NCBI GenBank assembly: GCA_964510585.1
Contig: CAZECW010000132.1
Coordinates: 1 to 10,065 of the forward strand
Direction: 5' to 3'
Source: an uncultured archaeon
GTDB taxonomy: Archaea; Asgardarchaeota; Jordiarchaeia; Jordiarchaeales; Jordiarchaeaceae
Length of the DNA stretch: 10,065 bases
This document shows, piece after piece, positions 1-5,898 of this stretch. Position 1 is the stretch's first letter; every line of letters begins with the position of its first letter. The notes beneath the pieces are model-generated. The model was given only the letters and a program-made list of their open reading frames with translations, was not told where the DNA came from and did no database searches. The translations under genes were made by a program, and so were the position numbers.

Positions 1-99
1 ACCCAGTTAACACGCCCTTCCCTCAAAGGGAACGGCGTCTATGTTGGCACCCTCATGGGGGCTGCGTCTTGTTTAGCCTCTTAAGCCCAAGCCAAACCC
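1..99 (-). ncRNA. Candidate structured RNA or leader inside the IS element (3' end outside the window)
   Basis: Three consecutive hairpins on the minus strand. H1 is GUUUGGCUU/AGGCUAAAC (97-71, two G-U pairs that work only on this strand). H2 is GCA-g-CCC/GGG-UGC (65-47). H3 is ACGCC-g-UUCCCU/AGGGAA-g-GGCGU (38-12, extendable by AAC/GUU). It starts where the TATA box predicts. Confidence 0.35.
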
Positions 100-115
100 T
101 TCAGCTACCAACAAC

Positions 116-135
116 TATTTATATACCCTACTTTC
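116..135 (-). promoter_or_regulatory. Inward-facing archaeal promoter (purine-rich BRE-like segment plus TATA) inside the IS left end
   Basis: The minus strand reads GAAAGTAGGG-TATATAAATA (135-116). Usual archaeal spacing puts the start at about 94-100. Confidence 0.55.
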
Positions 136-146
136 AAATAAGCTTT

Positions 147-191
147 TTGGCGATTCATCCCCACGACTAAAGTCGGGGGCTTTCTCGCCAA
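147..191. repeat. Nested subterminal palindrome of the IS left end
   Basis: Outer arms TTGGCGA (147-153) and TCGCCAA (185-191) are perfect reverse complements. Inner arms are CCCC/CGAC (159-167, A163 bulged) and GTCG/GGGG (172-179) around a TAAA loop. Confidence 0.9.
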
Positions 192-325
192 GGTTTTGTA
201 AATCTTATTATCAGAGCTAAAATTGGGTCTCAATTCTCCATTTCAAAAATTAGTACTTTAAGTTTGGTTTATCTATAACTTGAAGAGGTTAAACTTCATA
301 ATTTTAGGCCTGATATTTTTAGTTT

Positions 326-1258
326 TTAGAAATTTATAGCTCCACATCTGTTACATCTTTTAGAGCCTTTGAGTATATCTTGCCCGCAGAATCTACATCT
401 TGTTACTTGTGCTTGGAGTGCCATCCATACACGTTCCTGCGGTGTTATTAAAAGGGTGTTTTCTAAATGCTTATTTATTTCCTCTACTTCTTCCTTTAGT
501 GTTTTCGTTTCGCCCATTTTACCTTCTTTTGCGATGGGACTGACATTAGCATTTTTCTTTACAAGCACTCTTTCGATCGAGATTCTTTTAGTCTCCGATT
601 CTTTTTGGTATTTTGAAATAATGGCTTCATGGCGGAGCGTCAAGAAACGTTGCTTAACAACATCTTCGATAGGTCGATCTAGAATCACTATTCCCGATTC
701 TAGAGCCGGCTTTTTAAAAATCCTGGCGGTATCCAAATCCCACTTAATTAGTTTTCTCTCCTCTCTTGACAGATTATAAAAAGTTATTTTGGTTTCACCT
801 ACATTTCCATGAGGCTCAAGTATTATGTAGCTTCCAAAAATTCCGAAGGAGTACTTTTTAATTTTGTCAATGGCTAACTCAATATATACAGTATTATATC
901 TCATCCAACCTACAGGTATACGCCCTACGAATCTTGAAGCTCTGTCCTGTGAATAGAACTCTGAGGTTATAATCAGGCGTGACTCAGAAATGAAGAGTTT
1001 AGCGGGAAACCCTTTAAAAAACTTTAGATTACTCCTCCCCTCAATTTCCTTCTGCCAATCAATATTAAGTCTCACACTGTATCTACTAAGCAGTTTATCA
1101 TCCTCGAAGGCTGTTAGAGGTAACTCAATCCTTCTTTCTATAGCTCGTTTTTCTACGGCCTCCTTCCTGTTATTAACAGATTGTTTCAGCGCAATCATGC
1201 AACACACCACCAATATCGGGAGCACTAAGTAAAGGATGACCTCCTCCAAAAGTGTCAA
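326..1258 (-). CDS. Membrane-anchored protein with a C-terminal zinc ribbon and a possible PH-like middle domain (310 aa)
   Basis: TTG start with AGGAG just upstream and an in-frame TAG two codons earlier, so the start cannot lie further up. The N-terminus is hydrophobic (VILYLVLPILVVCCMIAL) and the C-terminus is CRFC-x10-CNRC. The middle AKLFISESRLII...IELAIDKIKKYSFGIFGSYIIL resembles bacterial-PH/GRAM-like strands (by-eye inference). Confidence 0.85.
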   Translation of the reverse strand: MTLLEEVILYLVLPILVVCCMIALKQSVNNRKEAVEKRAIERRIELPLTAFEDDKLLSRYSVRLNIDWQKEIEGRSNLKFFKGFPAKLFISESRLIITSEFYSQDRASRFVGRIPVGWMRYNTVYIELAIDKIKKYSFGIFGSYIILEPHGNVGETKITFYNLSREERKLIKWDLDTARIFKKPALESGIVILDRPIEDVVKQRFLTLRHEAIISKYQKESETKRISIERVLVKKNANVSPIAKEGKMGETKTLKEEVEEINKHLENTLLITPQERVWMALQAQVTRCRFCGQDILKGSKRCNRCGAINF

Positions 1259-1261
1259 CCC

Positions 1262-1295
1262 CTACTCCTGGAACTGGAAACTCCAATCCAAGTAG
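1262..1295 (-). promoter_or_regulatory. 5'-UTR hairpin overlapping the Shine-Dalgarno of the 326..1258 gene
   Basis: The mRNA reads CUACU-UGGA-U-UGGA-GUU-UCCA-GU-UCCA-GG-AGUAG, giving 13 Watson-Crick pairs. The AGGAG SD lies in the 3' arm. Confidence 0.5.
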
Positions 1296-1329
1296 CAGTG
1301 CCCAGTTTAAATTCCTCAGCCAGCTGGTG

Positions 1330-1337
1330 TATATAAA
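1330..1337 (-). promoter_or_regulatory. Putative TATA box of the 326..1258 gene
   Basis: Minus-strand TTTATATA preceded by an A-rich segment. It would give a leader of about 50 nt containing the 1262-1295 hairpin. Confidence 0.45.
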
Positions 1338-1441
1338 ATATTTTTAATATTTAAACATTATCTCTGATGACAAAATAACATTTTTCTCAGCATCTACTAT
1401 TGTGAGGTGTTGTTTTGTGACTTTTCCTCGCCTTCTACGCC

Positions 1442-1594
1442 TTAAATTTGTATTTTCCCCCTTTTTAAACGCCGATTCTGGGACCTAAACCCAGAAATTT
1501 CCAAACAAAAATGCACTAATCCCCAATAAGTTAATCCAGTTAATAGTGTTATGATAAAAAAACCGCTTATTCTAATACAACCCCTTTTTGACAC
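1442..1594 (-). CDS. Possible 50-aa small membrane protein (below the ORF-track cutoff)
   Basis: GTG...TAA translates as MSKRGCIRISGFFIITLLTGLTYWGLVHFCLEISGFRSQNRRLKRGKIQI. It has a central hydrophobic stretch with basic flanks and a weak SD-like AAGGT upstream, and it is co-oriented with both neighbours. No homology is recognised. Confidence 0.25.
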   Translation of the reverse strand: MSKRGCIRISGFFIITLLTGLTYWGLVHFCLEISGFRSQNRRLKRGKIQI

Positions 1595-1673
1595 TTCTGT
1601 TTACCTTTTTATAGGTTCTGCAAACTGATAGAAGTTCCAGCTTATGCCAGATTGCCCTTTACACAAATGATAA

Positions 1674-2135
1674 TCATTCTTTTAAGCCCAGATAGTTCAA
1701 CAGTCTACTGAAACTCAGTAGTGCTTCCTTCCTTGTTTTGTCCATTATCTCCTCGTCAAACCTCATAACTGTTTCAGATATTATTTCTAATAGATCGTTC
1801 ACTAGTTTTTGCCTCCATTTGGAGGAGCTGTCTAAATGTTCTTCTATTATTTTGAAGAATAACTTTGGTTTTTTAATGAAAATTTCTTCGACCCCATCAC
1901 GGATGTATGTGATTTCCAGCTTTTCTTGATGTTTCTGGATTAGATGCTGTATTATGCGTTGCCCCCACTCAGGCTTTCTGTGGCAAATGAATTTTAGCAG
2001 GCTACTTCTAACAACCTTGCTTTCTTGGGCTGTGCTGTCAAAGCATTCAATTATTTTGGACTCATTTTTTTCTAAAAAATCTATTAATTCTGCTCCGTAA
2101 AACTCAGCCTTATTTGCCTTTTCAGATTCAACCAT
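1674..2135 (-). CDS. Hypothetical all-alpha protein, possibly HEAT/ARM-like (153 aa)
   Basis: The ORF track starts at GTG 2198, but ATG 2135 (MVESEK...) has GGTGA 5 nt upstream and is preferred. The sequence is charged and amphipathic-helical with no motif I recognise. Confidence 0.75.
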   Translation of the reverse strand: MVESEKANKAEFYGAELIDFLEKNESKIIECFDSTAQESKVVRSSLLKFICHRKPEWGQRIIQHLIQKHQEKLEITYIRDGVEEIFIKKPKLFFKIIEEHLDSSSKWRQKLVNDLLEIISETVMRFDEEIMDKTRKEALLSFSRLLNYLGLKE

Positions 2136-2227
2136 AATAATCACCGCCAATATTTTAGATATTTTATTCCACCCATCTAAAGCATAAAATCCCAACACAT
2201 TTAGCTAATTACAATCAACGCATGATT

Positions 2228-2235
2228 TTTATAAA
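2228..2235 (-). promoter_or_regulatory. Putative TATA box of the 1674..2135 gene
   Basis: TTTATAAA (palindromic) about 100 nt upstream of ATG 2135 and about 30 nt upstream of the alternative GTG 2198. Confidence 0.4.
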
Positions 2236-2382
2236 TTTAGGAAGTGTTAGAACTTAAACTAGAGACTCACATATCTCCATAAATGTGTTAGCTGTGTTAA
2301 TTTGAGAAATGTGCCTGTGAAAATGTCAATATACGCTTCAAAAAATTCCTTAAATTAGTGGGGTTTTTAAGATAGATTCAGA

Positions 2383-2390
2383 TATAAATA
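2383..2390 (+). promoter_or_regulatory. Putative TATA box with no annotated gene downstream
   Basis: TATAAATA on the + strand. The predicted start at about 2412-2415 precedes a GC-rich inverted-repeat island. Confidence 0.4.
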
Positions 2391-2411
2391 GCACCCCCTT
2401 CCAAGAGTTCT

Positions 2412-2490
2412 TGCTTAGGGTCTAGTAAGGAGCCAGGTAGTGTGAACCGCATCCACCCCCCTGTTTTTCTTTTTTCCTGGCTCCTTCCCT
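2412..2490 (+). ncRNA. Candidate small RNA or structured mRNA with an 11-bp perfect stem
   Basis: AAGGAGCCAGG (2427-2437) is the exact reverse complement of CCTGGCTCCTT (2476-2486). There is an extra helix AGGG 2417-2420/CCCT 2487-2490, an inner GUGUG-AAC-CGCAU hairpin (2440-2452) that needs + strand G-U pairs, and a U-rich tract at 2462-2475. Confidence 0.35.
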
Positions 2491-2559
2491 CCTCCCCTTT
2501 AAGTCAGCAAATTAAGATATTTCAATTCTTGACTAGTTTAATTTGTAAAAGCGATATTT

Positions 2560-2838
2560 TTATCGGTATCTAATACTAAAATTTTTAAACTCGCCAGTAT
2601 AGTTTTCGAAGGTAACTTTTATGTCGGTAACTTTAGCAGATGGGGGGCCCTGCTTGCAAAATTTAATCATTTCTTCGACTTTTTCTTTCTCTCCTTCGAA
2701 TACGGCTTCTACTCTTCCATCGCTGAGATTTCTCACCCATCCCGTTACTCCCCTGCTATCAGCTTCGTCTTTTGTGTACGATCTAAAAAAGACGCCCTGC
2801 ACTCTTCCGCTGACAAATATATGGGCTCTAATTTTCAT
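2560..2838 (-). CDS. acyP: Acylphosphatase (92 aa)
   Basis: Signature VSGRVQGVFFR...GVTGWVRNLSDGRVEAVFEG...GPPSAKV. ATG 2838 has GGTGA 5 nt upstream; the ORF-track start 2847 lies within that SD. Confidence 0.97.
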   Translation of the reverse strand: MKIRAHIFVSGRVQGVFFRSYTKDEADSRGVTGWVRNLSDGRVEAVFEGEKEKVEEMIKFCKQGPPSAKVTDIKVTFENYTGEFKNFSIRYR

Positions 2839-2890
2839 ACTCATCACCGATGGGTAAACAAGAAGCTTTTTTGATATGTTTGAATAATCA

Positions 2891-2898
2891 TTTATAAA
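2891..2898 (-). promoter_or_regulatory. Putative TATA box of acyP
   Basis: TTTATAAA preceded on the minus strand by an A-run, about 55 nt upstream of the ATG. Confidence 0.5.
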
Positions 2899-3029
2899 TT
2901 TTTAACATTTATTGGATTTATTTCTAACTGTTTTACTATCTTCTTTATGATATTTTTGTTCTGGTTTCTATTCTTCCTTTTTTTCTATTTTTTTCAAGTA
3001 CTTTCTCAAAATTTTTAGATAAAATCTTT

Positions 3030-3037
3030 TTTATATA
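3030..3037 (+). promoter_or_regulatory. TATA box of the RHH gene (leaderless arrangement)
   Basis: TTTATATA begins 29 nt before ATG 3059 and no SD precedes that ATG, which is the typical archaeal leaderless geometry. Confidence 0.6.
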
Positions 3038-3058
3038 TGTTAGTTCTTAATATTAATT

Positions 3059-3259
3059 ATGAAACCAATATCTGTCAAGCTTCCTATAGAATATATAGAG
3101 GGTTTAGAAACATTAGTGAGAAACGGGTACTATGCAAACCTTCGCGAAGCTATAAGATTTGCTATTCGAGACCTTTTGGTAAGGGAGGGATACTCCGAGT
3201 TCAATCAAGGGATAAAACGAGGGCGAGCTTATGCTCAAACACCTCTTATACATCCTTAG
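3059..3259 (+). CDS. Ribbon-helix-helix (CopG/Arc/MetJ-type) DNA-binding protein (66 aa)
   Basis: MKPISVKLP (beta strand), IEYIEGLETLVRNG (helix A) and YYANLREAIRFAIRDLL (helix B) match the common archaeal RHH pattern. Confidence 0.85.
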   Translation: MKPISVKLPIEYIEGLETLVRNGYYANLREAIRFAIRDLLVREGYSEFNQGIKRGRAYAQTPLIHP

Positions 3260-3360
3260 AGATAACCATATCTCCAGAAGATACTCTAGCGACTAGGTTA
3301 GAAATAAATCAGTTCCAGAAAGATTTTTGCTCTTTTTCAAAGTGTATTAGTAGTTATATT

Positions 3361-3373
3361 GAAAAATATAAAT
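3361..3373 (+). promoter_or_regulatory. Putative BRE/TATA of the aro operon
   Basis: GAAAAA-TATAAAT about 50 nt upstream of the aroD GTG. An SD-like GGTG lies at 3409-3412. Confidence 0.5.
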
Positions 3374-3419
3374 GGTTGTGTTAATTACAGAGCGCTTTTA
3401 GCATAGTTGGTGTATCCTA

Positions 3420-4118
3420 GTGGTTTCAATATGTGTTCCTGTAGCGGCTGAAAATCCAAAGATATTACTGGAAAAGATTACTTCGACTGCGAAAAAGGCT
3501 CCTGATTTCATTGAGGTTAGAGTAGATTATCTTAAAGACCTGAATATTGACTTTTTAGAACTAGTCTCTAAAACCTCCATTCCCCTAATATTAACTGTGA
3601 GGAAAAAGGGTGAAGGAGGGTTGTTTAAATTCGGAGAGAGGAAGAGGATTGAGATTTTAGAAAAATGTATTGAAGCTAAACCGAGATTTGTAGATTTAGA
3701 GTTAAGTACAAGTAGATCTTCCTTAGGGCGGTTGTTAAAAACTGCGGAGCACAATTCGGTGGGAGTCATTCTATCATTTCATTCATTTAAAAATACGCCT
3801 AAAAGGGAAAAACTGGTGGAAAAGATTCGTCAAGCGGCCCAAATAGGAGTAGACCTGGTGAAAATCGTGACTTTCGCTAGGGAGATAAAAGATAATCTCA
3901 CTACACTTTCACTCCCTCAAGTGGCACATGATTTGGGAATCAAGATAATCTCATTTTGTATGGGAGAAAAAGGTATAATCTCCAGGGTTTTATGTCCCTT
4001 CTTCGGCTCTTATCTAACTTACGCTTCACTAGAAACAAGTACTGCCCCGGGTCAAATAGATTTAGAGGTTATGAGAAAAATACACAAAATTTTCTGTTCT
4101 CTTATGAAGTTTAACTAG
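3420..4118 (+). CDS. aroD: Type I 3-dehydroquinate dehydratase
   Basis: PDFIEVRVDYL, LILTVRKKGEGG, SFHSF (catalytic His), DLVKIV (Schiff-base Lys), MGEKGIISR and APGQI are all present. GTG start with GGTG 7 nt upstream. Confidence 0.96.
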   Translation: MVSICVPVAAENPKILLEKITSTAKKAPDFIEVRVDYLKDLNIDFLELVSKTSIPLILTVRKKGEGGLFKFGERKRIEILEKCIEAKPRFVDLELSTSRSSLGRLLKTAEHNSVGVILSFHSFKNTPKREKLVEKIRQAAQIGVDLVKIVTFAREIKDNLTTLSLPQVAHDLGIKIISFCMGEKGIISRVLCPFFGSYLTYASLETSTAPGQIDLEVMRKIHKIFCSLMKFN

Positions 4119-4169
4119 CTAATGTTCTAAATGTTGCTAGATAAAAGTATAAACTTGGAGGCTCATAGG

Positions 4170-5021
4170 ATGTGGAGCGGCACCAAAGTTATCTGCGTGA
4201 TTGGTGATCCTATTGACCACTCATTATCCCCCAGAATGCACAATGCTGCCTTCAAACACTTGGGTCTCAACTATGTGTACGTTCCTTTTAGGGTTTTGAA
4301 AGCAGATTTGAAATATGCTGTGAGAGGGATAAGGGCCTTGAACATAAGGGGATTTAATGTCACAATTCCGCATAAGGTTTCGATAATGAAGTTTTTGGAT
4401 GAGGTTGACTCCACAGCCCTTAAAATAGGTTCAGTTAATACAGTGGTAAATGATGATGGGAAACTCTTGGGATATAATACTGACGGTCTGGGTTTTTCAG
4501 AAGCTTTGAGAGAAGAAGGAGTAAACCCTGAAGGAAAAAAAGTAGTACTTATCGGGGCTGGAGGAGCTTCTAGAGCGGTCTCCTTTTACCTTGCTGGTGT
4601 GTGTTCAAAATTAACTATCTTGAACCGTACAAGGAGTAAGGCTGTAAAGCTGGCTAGAGAATTAACAAGCCTTGGTTGCAAAGTTTATGGAAAAGGTTTA
4701 ACAACAAAATCCTTGGAGAAGGAGCTAGCTGATTGTGACTTACTAGTTAACACGACTTCTGTGGGTATGTATCCTAATGTGGGCGAGTCGCCTGTCCCAA
4801 GAAATTTCTTGCGCAAGGATTTGGTGGTTTTTGATATTGTCTACAATCCTTTAGAAACATTGCTTTTAAGTTATGCTAGGGAAATCGGCGCAAAAGCTGT
4901 GGATGGAGTTGGGATGCTAGTCAATCAAGGTGCAATCGGTTTTAAAATGTGGACAGGGGTTGAGGCTCCTAAGGACGTCATGAGAAGAGCGGTAATTGAA
5001 AGTTTGCAGGGGAGTGATTAA
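4170..5021 (+). CDS. aroE: Shikimate dehydrogenase
   Basis: GDPIDHSLSP, NVTIPHK, GSVNTV, GYNTDG, GAGGA, NRT, DIVYNP and MLVNQG are present. ATG 4170 has GGAGG 8 nt upstream and is preferred to the track start 4131. Confidence 0.97.
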   Translation: MWSGTKVICVIGDPIDHSLSPRMHNAAFKHLGLNYVYVPFRVLKADLKYAVRGIRALNIRGFNVTIPHKVSIMKFLDEVDSTALKIGSVNTVVNDDGKLLGYNTDGLGFSEALREEGVNPEGKKVVLIGAGGASRAVSFYLAGVCSKLTILNRTRSKAVKLARELTSLGCKVYGKGLTTKSLEKELADCDLLVNTTSVGMYPNVGESPVPRNFLRKDLVVFDIVYNPLETLLLSYAREIGAKAVDGVGMLVNQGAIGFKMWTGVEAPKDVMRRAVIESLQGSD

Positions 5022-5024
5022 AGG

Positions 5025-5885
5025 TTGAAAGGTAGGGCTTTAGCTTTCGGAGCAGGAACAGTTGTAAATGCCGTTGCCACTGGTTTTGGCGCTGCTTTTG
5101 GAATCGCTCTTTGGACAAAGGCAGAAGTGGATCTTTTAGATGAGCCCGGATTTTTCGAGGGAAAAATTCTAAATGAGCCCTCCGAGAATACTAGGCTAAT
5201 CTGTACCACTGTTAAACATGTTTTGAGTCACTTTAAGCTGAGCCAGGTATATGGTGCTCGAGTGGTTACTGATTCCATAATTCCCATTTCTAAGGGGCTT
5301 AAGAGTAGTAGTGTAGCCGCAAATGCGGTTGCCTTAGCCACCGTTGCAGCTCTGAAAGAAAACTTAGAGGATCTGGAAATCATTCGTATAGGCGTTGAGG
5401 CAGCTCTTGAGTCGGGAGTAACTATTACGGGAGCTTTTGACGACGCTTGTGCGTCATATTTTGGTGGGTATGTGGTCACAGATAATTTAAAGAGAGTATT
5501 GATTAGTAGACAGCAACTTAAGGAAGATTTGGCAGTAATGATTCAGGTGCCATCTAGAAAAAGCCACAGAGAGGGTAACATTAAAAGAATGAAGTCCATT
5601 AAAAACTATGTAGAACACGTTTTTAACCTCGCTCTGAATGGAGACTACAAAACTGCAATAACTCTAAACGGCCTGCTCTATTCTGCAGCCTTGGGTTACG
5701 ACGCCGAAGCTACAGTTAGAGCCCTTGAAGCTGGAGCGGTTTCAGCGGGATTAACAGGAACTGGGCCTGCAACAATTGCGCTATGCCCTAGAGACGTTTG
5801 TGACGATATTGAAGCTTCTTGGAAAGAGCTAGAAGGCAGAATTATTCGCACCGAATTTAATAACGAAAAGGCAAAAGTACTCTAG
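5025..5885 (+). CDS. aroK: Archaeal shikimate kinase (GHMP kinase superfamily)
   Basis: N-terminal GAGTVVNAVATGFGAAFGI, GHMP motif IPISKGLKSSS, TITGAFDDACASYFGG and AGLTGTGPA, plus operon context. TTG start with GGAGTGA 7 nt upstream. Confidence 0.95.
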   Translation: MKGRALAFGAGTVVNAVATGFGAAFGIALWTKAEVDLLDEPGFFEGKILNEPSENTRLICTTVKHVLSHFKLSQVYGARVVTDSIIPISKGLKSSSVAANAVALATVAALKENLEDLEIIRIGVEAALESGVTITGAFDDACASYFGGYVVTDNLKRVLISRQQLKEDLAVMIQVPSRKSHREGNIKRMKSIKNYVEHVFNLALNGDYKTAITLNGLLYSAALGYDAEATVRALEAGAVSAGLTGTGPATIALCPRDVCDDIEASWKELEGRIIRTEFNNEKAKVL

Positions 5886-5898
5886 AGGGGTAATTTTC

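Larger units (their letters stand above)
1..197 (-). mobile_element. Left part of an IS200/IS605-family element; it runs off the window start and no tnpA/tnpB is visible
   Basis: The minus strand reads TTAC|AAAACCTTGGCGAGAAAG-CCCC-CGAC-TTTA-GTCG-T-GGGG-ATGAATCGCC. It has a TTAC tetranucleotide (201-198), then 18 nt ending in AAAG (183-180) at the foot of an imperfect hairpin with one bulged T (179-159). This matches the known IS608 left end (TTAC target, AAAG guide, bulged subterminal palindrome). Confidence 0.85.

Noticed and set aside
369-1232. Plus-strand ORFs 369..779 and 990..1232
   Set aside because: Both are antisense shadows of the 326..1258 gene with Ser/Leu/Phe-biased composition.
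1363-1395. TGATGA resembling a C/D-box sRNA box C
   Set aside because: There is no box D (CTGA) at a suitable distance on the same strand and no terminal stem.
2930-3030. Strongly T-rich tract between the divergent acyP and RHH promoters
   Set aside because: It has no periodic unit and no ORF on either strand, consistent with ordinary low-complexity intergenic DNA.
3037-3384. 115-aa ORF overlapping the RHH gene in another frame
   Set aside because: Its ATG overlaps the TATA box at 3030-3037, so it would not be in the transcript. The 3059 frame has a clear RHH pattern.
2293-3386. Identical 10-mer TGTGTTAATT at 2293-2302 and 3377-3386 (aro promoter), and short AAATGTG/GTGTTA repeats at 2194-2327
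   Set aside because: Several AT-rich 10-mer matches are expected by chance in 10 kb. There is no regular spacing or dyad to support an operator, iteron or CRISPR call.
4140-4153. TATA-like AAAAGTATAAAC before aroE
   Set aside because: Its spacing puts the start at or past ATG 4170, which already has a good SD, so it is better explained as part of the polycistron.
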